DNA of 57,728 bases, counting the filler, from Thelocarpon superellum (lineage: Eukaryota), in assembly GCA_026025795.1 (NCBI GenBank). It is 3 parts of 3 records of this genome, joined end to end, with 100 filler letters (N's around TTAATTAATTAA, not from the genome) between each part and the next. Parts side by side here need not be neighbours in the genome. Positions count along the whole stretch, not along the records: positions 19,384 to 38,516 come from JAPEUG010000348.1; 2 more parts are not named here. One strand, 5' to 3'. The first letter of the stretch is position 1; each line of letters opens with the position of its first letter. This document shows, in pieces, positions 23,345-35,201 of the stretch. Under the pieces are notes generated by a model. It was not told the origin of the DNA and made no database searches. It was given only the letters and a program-made list of their open reading frames with translations. A program made the position numbers and the translations under genes.

Positions 23345-23911
23345 GATGACACAATGTGGAAGTTGAGCAGGGGTGGTTAGGTGTTGGTAGTGCACGTTGA
23401 TCGCTGGGTGTTCAGAGGGGATGGAAAGATGGTGGTGATGGTAACAGTGCGCGTATCGTCGTGTGGATCAAAAGATCTGGAAAGACGCCCTTTGTTGATG
23501 GTGCGCGTTATCGTCACTTGGAAGAGAAGGTGCAAAAAGACAACGTCGTTGGGTGGGTGGAGTTTTAGAGAGAAGGAAAGGCTCAACAGATCTGGTCGAC
23601 GATAGATAGCTTGAAAGCTCATCTTGTGCGTTGTGCTGTGCGTGGACTGTGGTATTGATACATGTGAATGGTCAAGTCTTAACCTCGGAGAATGGAGTTA
23701 CCAATGGTCAGTCAGGTTCCCGTCCGATCGAGCATGCAACGAGAGGATTCACCCTTGATGACAGTCACAGTCAAGGTCACGGTCACAGCCAGGTAAGAGA
23801 GTACAGACAGACACCAATGCACATTCAACTACACAAGGTTCGATGACCTCGTGGCTAAACGCCGAGTCACAGACCACCGTAGATATAGGGAAGAATGGAA
23901 GGGAAATGGCC

Positions 23912-24580
23912 TCATAACGCCAGGTTATACGTGTAGTCATCCTCCATATTCTGTGAGATCCAGAGCACCACCGAGCTTGAACACACGTTAGCTTGCACTG
24001 GTCGTTGTGGACCGCTCCACCTACCTCAGCATGATGAGACCGTTGGCAATCACGTTGGCGATGCCAAAGTAGAGAGTGGGAAAGGGATATTCCGGAACCA
24101 CATATTTCAGCACCAGGACGGTCTATGCGCACCCTTCGTCAGCCAAGCCCGGGTCACGAGCAGACTCATCGCACATACCACGGAACCCGCCAGACCACCG
24201 GCCATGAAGGCAAAACCCAGGAACAACACCAACCGCGCCTTCCATGCCACCCCCGAACCCGAATAGCTGAAGCTCTCCGCGCTCAACCGAGCCTTCTCAA
24301 TCGAGTTGATGACCAGCATGCCCAGCGCGGAACAGATGCCTGGGATCCAGTCGACGAAGTTGATGTGTACGTCAGACCCGTTCCTCGACGACTTGGAGTA
24401 GGTCGCCGCATCGATGAAGCAGAAGAACCCAAGAGAGAACTACCGTGGGTCAGTCTTGTGGGACGAGCCGGGCGGGAACGAGCATACCAAGGCGCCGGCG
24501 GCATAGACGCCCGCAGTCCGAGCACTGGTGCCCGTGAGCCACTGAGGGTTTGGGAAACGCCATAATCGGTGGCTGGACAT
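23912..24580 (-). CDS. VPS68: Vacuolar protein sorting protein Vps68 (UPF0220), 4 exons
   Basis: Exons 24580-24488, 24439-24179, 24122-24025 and 23975-23912. 'GVYAAGALFSLGFF..IDA', 'FVDWIPGICSALGMLVINSIEK', 'ARLVLFLGFAFMAGGLAGS', ending 'QNMEDDYTYNLAL'. Confidence 0.94.
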
Positions 24581-24953
24581 GGTGACTAGGTCGAAGTGTC
24601 GAAGACGGCAGAGGAGTTCCGAGCGTGGTCGGTGATGGAGTTGATGGGGTGACGTGAATGATGTCGTGCTGCGAGTAGATGGATGCGATCAGGATGGCTG
24701 TCGCCGTGGGCAAGCTGTCGCCAAGTCAGCAAGTCACTTGAGCCCGCAGGCCAGCGGGCCCGCGAGCGAGGCGGCCGGCGTGCGAGGCGGCAACGCAAGC
24801 GATGACCTGGCGTGGCACGAACTCGCTTCCTCCTCCCTTAAGACGACGAGTACGGGGACTCATACGGGATTGTCCGGGGCACGGGACACCCTGATGATTC
24901 GCTACCAAGTCTCACATTTCCTTACTCCGCCTACGACGATCTGCAATGGCCGT

Positions 24954-25020
24954 CAAGCTGCAAACTGCAAGCTACACGCTGCACGCTGCAAGCTGCACGC
25001 TGCATGCTGCCCGCTGCAAA
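24954..25020. repeat. Degenerate heptamer tandem repeat (GCTGCAM)n, about 9 copies
   Basis: caagctg caaactg caagcta cacgctg cacgctg caagctg cacgctg catgctg cccgctg. Confidence 0.85.
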
Positions 25021-25351
25021 CCTCGCGTTTCACCACATTGGACTCCATGGATTGGCAGCGTCTTCACAGCAAGTGTCATGGCGGAGACCATGTTCCTCCC
25101 TCGCGGGTAGTCAATGTCATTTCATTTACGTCCTTGAGGTGCTATCCTCAGTCGAATCTCGTTCGAGCGCCAAATACAGTACTTCGTGCGGAAGAAAGGT
25201 ATACAGAAAGCCTCCTTAATCCATGCAAAGTGTCGCTCCATCGGGTCCACGCCGGCGAGTGAACGGATCACTCGCTTCCTTCCCAAAATCCTGACGTATC
25301 CCGCAGTGTTCAATGTTCAGCGCTCCGGCTCACAAGCTCCACGCCGACCCG

Positions 25352-28300
25352 TCAGCGAGGCCCCGCACTCGGTTCGCTCAATCGGCTGAGCCCGCTCAAT
25401 CTGCTCGGTCCGCTGGACGAGCTTGGCCCGCTGGAGGAGTTTGGCCCGCTCGAGCCACTCGGTTCGGTCGATGAGCTGGGCCCGCTCGAGGAGCTGGGCC
25501 CCGCTTCAATTTCTCCGCCAGGCCGTTGTGCCGCATGCATCATCAAGCCAAAGTTCTCTCCCATGGATTCCGCAAGGTCCTCGTCCGTCTCGACGGTCGG
25601 CGCGGCTTCTGTCGCCGGCGTCGCTTCCAACGTCGCCCGCTCCATAAGCATGTGCAGCGACAAAACGGAGTCCGGCCGCGGGGGCGCCGCCGTCGTCGCC
25701 GCTTCGTCGTCCGCGGCGACCGTAGCTGGCTCTGGCTCAATTCCGTGCGCCCGGTTGAAGTTGCGCGTGAGGTACTCTTCCAGCCGCGCCGCTTGCCGGT
25801 CCCAACGTGCCTCCACCAGGTCCAGCGCCGCTTGCACATCTTGCCTCGCGTATGACGTCGTCGCCGCCGCTGCCGCTGCCGGCGCACGCCTACGACGGGC
25901 GGACGCAAAGCGATGCCACCTTGCCGCCGCTCTCGATGTCGTGCTGCCGAGCGCTTCCACGTGCATCGACCGGATCTCGCGTTCCACCGTCTTCAAGGCT
26001 TCCGCCCGATCCCCCTGCATGCGCGGCAGATACAAGAGATGTTGGTTGTTCGCCACGCCGTTCGCCAGCACGGTCAGCGCTTGCAGGTTGAAGTCATTGT
26101 GGTCGCAATGCACCTCTCGCAGCGCCGTGTTGACCTCCATCACCGACGTGAGCGTGTTGGCCCCTTGCAGCCCCAGCTTTTGCGACTCGATCCGTAGCAC
26201 CCGCAACGTCGTGTTCTCGCGAAGGCCCAAGAGCGCCTCGTTCAGTCCGATGCCGAGTCGGGCCACCTCCAGATGCGAATGCTCTCCCGAGAGATCCACT
26301 TCCTCGAGCGATTGGTTCATCGCCAGCATCTCTCGCAATGCCTCGCACGTCTCCTCATTAGCGTCCCCGGGTAACAGCGCCTTGGAGATGTCGAGGTAGC
26401 GCAGCGTCGTGTTGTGTCGGAGCGCTTGAATCAACTCGCGGAAGCAGGCCTCGTGCTCGTAGACCGACATATTCATCGTAAGGTGCGACGGCGTGAGGCT
26501 GGTGGCTATCACCCCAGCAAGCCGATCGTGGCCATCCTCGATCCGATTGGCGCTGACGTGGCTGCCGCGCCGTCAACCTCGACTCGAGCGCGAAGGGGCA
26601 TCATCACCTACAGGTGGAGCTCGCGCGCCTGTCCCGGCTCGCGGCACATGGATCGCATGAGCGTCGCAATCTCCCGCCCCTTGAGACCGCACCCATTCAG
26701 CCGGACCAGCCGCAGCGAGTCCGACATCGAGCTTTCCAGATACGCAGAGATGGAGTCGACCGTTTTGTCGTTCAGCTATGCGTCGCGTCAGCCTGCCCAC
26801 GCCTCCGCGGCTCTTTTTCCACATACTGCCGTCTCGCTGAAATCGAGCTCTTCCAACTTCCAGTGCAACAAGGTCTCGCGCGCCACCAGCGGTTCCGGGC
26901 CCGAGGTCCGATGCACCCGCGACAGATTGAGCTTGCGGATGAAGTTGAAGTGACCGATCTGTCCCTGAAACACCGCCGGGCTGAGCCGCGCCAGATTGCC
27001 CGAGATGTCAATCGACTCAAGCGTGCGGTCCTGGGAGAGCATCGCGTTGAGGATCAGCTGTAAACTGCGGTCCGTCAGACCACAGTGGCTGATCTCCAAC
27101 GCGCGTAGGTGAGAGGCCCGCGACACGGCCGCGTCCACTGGCTGCGTATCAGCCCCAGCTTTGCCCATGAGCGTGAGCATGCGTCCGCCAGCATGCTGAC
27201 TCACCAAGGTAATCGAGATCCCCTTCGCTGAGCTCGATGCCGTTCAGGGTAATCCAATCCACGCTGGTCCCCTGCCGTCGACACAGCGGGAACAGCGCCT
27301 CGACGATCTCGCACCCCGGATCCACCGCGTCTCGCGCATCTTCCTGCACCTTTCGCGAGAGACAAAATGAAAAGTCCATTCGCTTCAGCTTCCGACTCTT
27401 CAACGCCAGCGCCTGAACCTCTTGCACCAACAGCGATTTCCGCGCGGACGGAGGGATCCTCACCGCCAGGCCCGTGCGACTCGTCCACGACGCATGCTCG
27501 ATGCCAAACGCGTCGCTCAGCTGATACAGCCCGCTCAGGTTGATCCCGCTGAAGGAGATGGCGCCAAACGATTCGTTGTAGCGCAAGGCACGGAATACGG
27601 CCAGTAACTCGAGGACTGGATAGGTCGCATGTCGACCGTGCGCCGGCGGCAAAAGCGCGAACTGAGGGGGATTGTCGACGTCGTAGGTGATGGCGTATCG
27701 AATGTTGGACGTATCAACCCCATACGCCGCGCAGTAGGCCGTCAGGGTCCGGTCGAAGGATCGGTGGTCCTCGGACTCGCCAGACGCGGGCAAGAAGGAT
27801 GCCTCGGTCAAGTGCGGTGCGTCGATGGCAAAAGGGTGTTCCAGCCATTCCGGCCGTAGATATTCCGTTGCTTGTCGGAGCCAGATGGCAATCTCCGTCG
27901 ACGCGGACGAGGCCAGACGCAGGCGCGCCACCCGCTGGAAGGGCGCCCTGTGGTGCTCCATCAGTGGGACGCTCGACGCTCTACGCTCTCCGCTCTCGCG
28001 GTGCCCAAGCGGACGGTCTTACCGGAAGTTGAGCTCAAAGGCGTCGTCGCTCGGTCGGATCTCAACCAAGATCAAGGTCATCAGGCCATAGACCCCTTGT
28101 CCCGCGCTCTCCGCCGCCAGAGAGGTGGTGGAGCTGCGTTCGTTCATGCGCGTCAGTGGCACCACGTGGACCATGTTCATGCCGATGGCCAGATAGCACA
28201 CGGTCGACGGCGTCTTGGCCAAGTCCTCGGACGAGGCCCGCTTCGTCTTGCTCGTCGCCCGCTGTACCGCCTTGAACATGCGAAAGTGCGCCGGGTCGTA

Positions 28301-29225
28301 GTCGCGATCGAGCTCCAGCCGTCGTGCCACGTATTCCACCGTGCGCGACAAAAACGGCTTCGGCTCGACCAGATGTGCCTTTGTGCTGGCCGCGCGAATC
28401 GACGTCAGCCACAGATCCGCCTCGCGTGGATCGCTCAGGACGAGCTTCACCGTCGACGCCTGGTTGTTGAACTCGTCCAGGTGCGCCACCTCGACGGAGA
28501 AGGTCGGACGTCCCTCGTCCACGCGGAAGACGGCGATGATTTGGTCCAAGGGGATGGGTCGGTGGTCGCTGGATGCGCGTGCCAGATCTTGCAGCGAACT
28601 GATCGAGGTGATGGAGGAATTTCGCATCGTATTGGACCGTCCGAGCGAGGCCGGGATGCTATCATCGGTCAGTCCGCTGGCGTCTGGCAGAGAGGAGCTC
28701 GGAGACGACCTACTCCGCAAAGTGCTCCGACGCCTTGGCTTGGGTCTTGAAGCGCACCAGGTGCTTGTCCGTCAGGACCAAGTACTCCTTGCGCCTCCAC
28801 AACACGCTCCCCTCCGTCAGCACCTCGCCATGATGCAACACGACGCGTGCCGATGCGTAGACGCCATCGTCGTAGTCAGGGCTCGACACGCTAGGGTCGG
28901 ACTGCGGCGACGCGACCGAAATCTCATCCTCCGTGGTCGTGTGCAGCGACTGCAGCGATCGCAGCGACCCAAAGATCGATGAGGGCCGTGAGCCCCGGCT
29001 CGATGCTTTAGGTCGCACGCGGAGGGATGAGCTCTCCCCAGGCGCGGCCGCGCCAGGTTTGTTATTCTCCGAGCCCGCGACGGCCTTGGTGGGCCGCGCT
29101 CCTGCCTGCGCTGAGGATTCGCTGGGCGATTTGGAGTGGATCGGGGTTAAGGCGCTGAGCGACGGACGAGGGAAGAAGCCCAAGCTACGTCTCCGCCCAT
29201 TGGCCCCGCTGCCTGGTTTGGACAT
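25352..29225 (-). CDS. PH-like plus RNI-type leucine-rich-repeat protein (CARMIL/LRRC16-like architecture), about 1191 aa, 6 exons
   Basis: Exons 29225-28714, 28658-28023, 27947-27205, 27137-26827, 26775-26612 and 26561-25352 join in frame. PH-like 'WRRKEYLVLTDKHLVRFK..EADLWLTSIRAA' and LRRs 'ALRHNTTLRYLDIS', 'NQSLEEVDLSG', 'LRENTTLRVLRIE', 'TLESIDISGN'. Confidence 0.85.
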
Positions 29226-31340
29226 GGCCGTGGGCAAGGTGGCGGTTCGTTGGCTGGCCGGCCGAGCTCATGAGACGTGCTGAACGACACGTGCGCCAGC
29301 TGCTGCAGGAGACACGAGCATCATCAGCGATGTCGGATCACCCAATCGTGACTGAGATGGGACCGTGGAGACATCTTACCACAAAGTCCGAGGTGGGCGT
29401 ACGCATGTTCCACAGGCCGCCGAGCGTCGCCGCGCGGGTCAGACCAGCTGGAACGACGTAGATACGGTTCCGGCCGGCACGGTGTCGGTCAGACGGGAAG
29501 TGGCGATGCGTCGTGCGCACCAGCAACGGGTCCACTCATCTCCATCGTGGTGTACGTATCCTCGATCGAGATGGTAATGGTGATGGAGAGTGTGTGGTCG
29601 GGCCTGCTCTCCAAACATCGACCATGCACAAGCATCAGAAGCGGAAACTGGCTTACACGTGCGCCCCCTCCCCAACCTGTGAGGTTTTGAGAGTCAAGTG
29701 TTCGTGTTTGCACGTACGATGCACTGTACTACATTGCCATTCTATGCCACAGCTATGATGTGATTGAGAGGCCGCAGGACAAGGAGATGCATTCAAAGTG
29801 CCCAGGCCGAGGTTGATTCACGTAGAGCTCAGGACACAACATCTCCCAGGGCGGCCATGCCAAGCCGGACACAGACCATCAGCAGCATCACGGACCACCT
29901 ATTCCCATTCGCTTGAGACCGTGGATCAGAGTAGAGCCTCAATGACAGCTTGCACATCTATCTGGACTGCCACGCCCATCGGGCTGGTCAGCAAGATGTC
30001 CCGATACCCAGCACATACATGCGAACGTGGGGCTTGGCGCTGCCATACCAAGCGGCCGTTACGCGGTGATGCGGGGCAGAGGCACGAGACCGTCACGATT
30101 AGCTTATCCGCGGAAGGGTGGCTCGAAGCCCTCCCATGCGACGTACAAAGTGGCATGATCCTTGGGTGGAGATTTTGGGTGGGTAAAGATTCGTTCACCC
30201 CAAAGCAGTCTTTACGCTGGTTCGAATCGAGCAACGTTGGGCCGAAGCTACGAATGGGCGTAGGCAATGGCGGAGTGGGAAGCTAAAGGTAGACACGCCA
30301 GCCGCAGCGACCGCGCGGCGACACCTCAAGGTCTCCGCGAACGAATGACGTCACGGGCCGGACGGAACCACGGCAAGTGCCAGCGTACGGTCGATCTGCG
30401 GTACACCGTTCGCTGATGGCTGAGACGTACCGCCTGCACCCGAAAAAGCGCCTGCGCGAAGGCGGTTTCTACGCGGCGTTCTCGGCGGCTAACACCGAGG
30501 GCTGCCCACCCTTTACCGAGCTTCTCGTCCGCTTCATTACCAACACGCTTGCCCAGCATCCTGCATCCTGCATCCAAAGGTGATCATGTCAGAAGCTTAG
30601 CATCTGACCCACAGAACGAGAGCGTCAGCACATGGACTGTGGGGGTGCGCGTCTACTGATGATGATGATTTCATGTCTCGCGAACAGGACTGAAGCGCTC
30701 TGACGCTCGCATGGCCCCATTGGATTGGCGGCGGACCGAGCATGATCAGCCGGAAGACATGTGGGTGAGCGGGTGGACAAGCGGTAGTCATATTTGCCGG
30801 CTGTCGTCAATCTTTCCCAATTAGGGATGTGGCAGACTCGACACGTACCAAAGGATGGCGGATCTGGTATCTCGACGACGGATGCATCCTCCGTGTCTAC
30901 ACGCTTCCCGCTCTGCCGAAAGCATGGCAGACAAGTCGAAAGACGTGGAGGACAGTCGAAGCCGCCACTGTTGAATGAGGCTTCTCCTACAGGAATCCCT
31001 CGCCGGGACGATCTACAGCCCTCCCGTCGATCGGACCGCTTCGCCGGGGAGTAAGACTCATTGTTGCGCGCCATTATTTACCCGAGGATAGTTTTGATCT
31101 CACCATGGCTCACGGCAGGACTAACTGTCTACACCCATGAAAATGCCATCAATATGACTAGTGAGGGTGAAACTGTGTCATCCCGCACGCATCTTCTCTC
31201 GGCGCATGATCCAATTTAACCTTCAAGCCTTAGCGTTTGCTACTAATGCCCAAACCGAAGTCTCGATGGCGACGTCCTACCTTCTTCTCGCAGACCAGTT
31301 GAAGATTAAAGCCATGGCCAGACCCTCCTTCTCATCCATT

Positions 31341-31369
31341 GTGCCCGTGCCCGTGCCCGTGCCCGTGCC
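31341..31369. repeat. (GTGCCC)n hexamer microsatellite
   Basis: About 5 copies directly visible. Confidence 0.9.
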
Positions 31370-31577
31370 AGATCCGTCAGGTCCGGCAGGTCATGGCCTT
31401 TCATGTGCTGGCGCAACAGAAAAGCCCCAGAGCGCGCTCCATCCACCGTCCTCTTTCCCACACCTGCGCAGGTCCATCACCGTCCGCGGTGTCTACGATT
31501 CGCCATGAGTCTCGGGCCTCGTCTTGCGTAATCCTTGCCTCTGTTCACATTTGTCGTGCACGTTTCTCATGTCCGTT

Positions 31578-32239
31578 ATGAGGGCCACCGTCTTGGCCAT
31601 CTCGGCCCTGGCCAGCCTCATCCTGTCCACCTGGGCCGACAATGTCCCTTCGGGTCCGTTCAACGCCGTTGCGCACGCTCCGGACTCGGCGGCCGACGGT
31701 CTCACCATCGAGGCCTACGAGGGTCGCTTCTTTGGTGCGGTACATCCCAACGTGACCTGCGGGCCAAGCCCGACCGCGCTTTGCAAGGGATACAATCGGA
31801 CGGCGCTGGCGTTTCATGACGGCCTGCTCTATCTTGTACGTCTCCACTCTCAGTCAAGCAGCACGACAGAGATATTCGCCGACGCATGCTGATTCGGGCA
31901 ATGCAGGAGACTCAGTCAAACGCGTCGCAGCTTGTGCAGGCTAAGCTGGACGGAGAGATGGTGTATTCTGCGGCGGGCGATGGGGTCAGCCACACCGCGG
32001 ATGGCATTCATGATTTCTACATCAATACCAACAACAGCCTAGGGATGCCGCAACTCATGGTATCCAGCGGCCTGTTGTGGCTTGCATGCCCGCCCTTCCA
32101 GGGTACGTCCGGCCCCATCACCTGGCAGATCCTCGTCGACATGCCAAACGTCTGCACCCCGGTGGCGCAACAATGTGTTTGGGTCAACTTGACGATAACC
32201 TCCGACACCACGGCCGCGGCCTTTGCGTACGAGGTCTGA
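31578..32239 (+). CDS. Small secreted protein, about 196 aa, PhiA / IgE-binding cell-wall protein-like
   Basis: Signal peptide MRATVLAISALASLILSTWA. Intron 31836-31906 (GTACGT, GCTGAT, CAG) joins the two ORFs in frame. The pattern 'I.A..G.F', C-x7-C, 'WLACP', 'WQI', C-terminal 'AAFAY' recalls that family, but the family call is tentative. Confidence 0.75.
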
Positions 32240-32341
32240 GGACATGACCTTGAGTGAAGATGATTGATGACAAACGGTGGCTTGGAAGGCAGCGGTTGGA
32301 GCCCATCTGGTCCATCTACCTGCCTGCTTCGCACCCCGTCG

Positions 32342-35201
32342 TCAGGACGACGGAGCCTTTCGCGGCGATGAATGGTCCAGTACGACCGGTTCGGTCTCGT
32401 TCTCAGCGTCTGCAAGGTCTTGCTGTCGCCGCCACTTCTTCCCCTTCTTGCTCATCTCCCACAGCCGGCGCACATAGAAGTTGGCCGCCGCATCGGCGCC
32501 GTCCTCGTCCGCCGAATCCAGCGCCTTCTTCCGTCGCTCTCGACATGCGCGGTAGAGGCTCCAAGCACGCGTCTGCGTCTGGATTTCCGCAAGCGCATAC
32601 TCGACCGACCACAGATCGGATTCCTGCAGCGTCTCCGGCCGGATCACGTACTGGCCGTTGACCTTGTTGCGGATCGTAAGTGTCATGGCGAGAATAGGCC
32701 GATCGTGGCTTTGACATCTCAGCTCTTGTTGGTCTTTGTCGACCTCGTCCAGCCATTTCCCATCCCCGGCTGCTTCTGAATCCTCTACCGCCCGACTCAC
32801 TTCCGCATCCGCTGCTGCCGTCGGGGCATCGTGCTGGGGCTCGATCTCCGCCACCGTATCGATACCGCTCGTCGTGCCTCTCATGCTGCCATTTGCGCCA
32901 GATCCGGGGTCATCCTCCGCCTGATCGGGCTGCTGAGACGTGTTGGAGAGAAGCTCATCATGGACTAGCTCCTGCTCAACCTCGGCGTGGATGTCTCGCC
33001 ATGCAGCTTTCGATGTGCCGTTGGTGCCGGCTTCGTCGTTGGCCGGGGCCTCAGGCTGCAGTCCCAGGATGTCGCGCTCGAATTGCTCCATCGGTCCTTT
33101 GTTACGATTTTGAATGTCGTCGACCTCTTGTTCCGTCACAGGCTCCACAAAGACATACATAAAGGGCGTCTTGGACTCCCGCGTCTCGAGATGGATGCGG
33201 AGGGACTGTGACTACGTCAGCTTCGCGTCTGTGCCTCGCACCTGGAAGACTCGACCTGTTGGGGAAATTTCTCCGTGGCGCGATTGAGAATCTTGTTGAA
33301 CAGGTCGAGACTGAGTTTGAACTCTTGATCGCCGATGGTGGTGTCGATCGCGCCGTGCAGGGTGTTGTCCATCTCGGGCAAGCTGATGTATTGAAAGCCA
33401 AAGATACGCTGCGTGTTGTGAAAGGCGACGAAAATGCCGTCCATCCGGCCCATGCGCACCTGGAGCGAGTACTTCAGGAAGGCAGCCCGGATCATGTCAA
33501 AGTATTCTCGTTCATAGGATTCCCACTCGCCGTACCGACGTCGGATCTCGTAATCGCGACCCTTCTCGTAGTTCTGCGCGTCCATGCGAATGGCGACGAC
33601 GGCACGGGTCTTGAGGTCAAACATGCCCGTGCCGGGAAGACGCGCATCTCGTGCGTCCAGCTGAGAGCGCATCAAGAAATCGCCTGCTGTGCAGTAATGA
33701 AAAGACTCGGGCTCTCGTCGTTCCTCCTCCGACACCTGTCCTGGGCCATGGGCCGATCGGCGATATCGCTCATACTCATGCGTTGGGAGAGTGAGGAGCT
33801 TCTCCATGGACTTCCCCAACATGCTGAGGATGTTGGCCGAGTCGTACTCCTTGTCCGCGTCAATGGCGTAGGTGCCATCCTTCCACCGCAGGAAGATGGC
33901 CGAAGGCTTGCGCTGCAGCTGCGTGAAGGACCTCAGCCGGTCGGTGAATCCTTGGGACAACACATCCGTGTTGATGGGTCGCCACTGCGACAGCAGGAAG
34001 TGGAAGTGGGAGAGCGACGTGGTCATGCTCGATGATGAGCCCACGTACTTCTTCCCCTGCGCTTCCGCCAATGTTTTCAATGAGCTATCGCGCGAGGAGG
34101 TGATGTACTCCTTCAGCGCCTGAAAGTCAAACTCGGCGACGGGCATAATCTTCTGCAGATAGGGGTCGAAGTTGAAGACCTTCGACCGCGGATCTTGCAG
34201 GTGATAGACACCCGGATTGAAGAGCACCCGCTCTAGCCCGTACGCTAGGCTGGGCACCTCGGGCTGCTCCACGTGTAACGGCTCGATCTTCAAGCTTGTT
34301 GCCTCCACCGTCTTGATGTCGTCCAGTGATACGCCGCGGCGCTGGAGTGCCCCTCCATTTCGTAGCGCTTGATCGATGGTGAGAGCGTCGGGGAGTTCGG
34401 GACCATCCTTTTGGCCTTTGGTGGGCCTCGCTTTCTTCGTTCGATCCGACGCTTTCGGCGCCGCCTTGCCCTTCGTGTCCGGAACAGCTGACGCTGCAGT
34501 GCTCTCAGAGAAGACCTTGCGAACCAATTGCGTCTCTGGTGATGAACTTTGTATTTTGCGGATCTTGACCGAGGTCACATCGAAAGGCGGCCCGTCTTTC
34601 TTGGCCAGGGACAAGAGTTGTCGGATCTTGGCCAGCGCGGAGAGATACGTAGGCGCCGGGGCAGATTCACCACTTGGGGAGAAGGTGACGAATTGCTCGG
34701 CATGCCGGGCAATTTGGTCGGAGGTCTGGGGTTCGGGGTCCTTGGCCACAGATGGTCTGTCGTGCGGGGGTTTTGTTGCTAGCTGTACCGCGGTTGGTCA
34801 ATCTCTGGCCAGGATGAAGTCAGACGGATATGGATTACCTCAACGGACGCGTGTGAGTCTGGTTGGGCCACTCTCGCCGCCTGACGCTGAACGAAGGATT
34901 GAAGAGCGTCAACGAGAGATGCATTGGCCCGGGCGGCTTGGTCGGACAAGATGCCGACGGTGGACGTATTGCGCTTCGTAGCCTGGGTCCTGGCCTTGTC
35001 TTTGGCTGCTCTGGAGACTTTCCGGGCCCGCCTCTTCCACGCCTTGGAATTCCGCGTTGGGCGTTGCTGAGGCGGTCTGGCTGCAGTAGTTTTACATCTA
35101 CGGGCGGGCCAAGCGGATGGAGGTTGCTGATGGAGGAGACAGGACGGACACACATAGCGAACCCTTGGGCCTGTCACGGTACGCAACAGAGGGCGGAGCA
35201 T
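32342..35201 (-). CDS. PET127: Mitochondrial mRNA-processing 5'-3' exoribonuclease Pet127, 3 exons
   Basis: Exons 35201-34839, 34782-33256 and 33205-32342. 'VPSLAYGLERVLFNPGVYHLQDPRSKVFNFDPYL', 'MRSQLDARD..LPGTGMFDLKTRAV' and 'LKYSLQVRMGRMDGIFVAFHN'. Confidence 0.95.

Noticed and set aside
30414..30583. Short ORF MAETYRLHPKKRLREGGFYAAF... with coding-like codons
   Set aside because: Only about 55 codons, with no recognisable motif or convincing exon partners.
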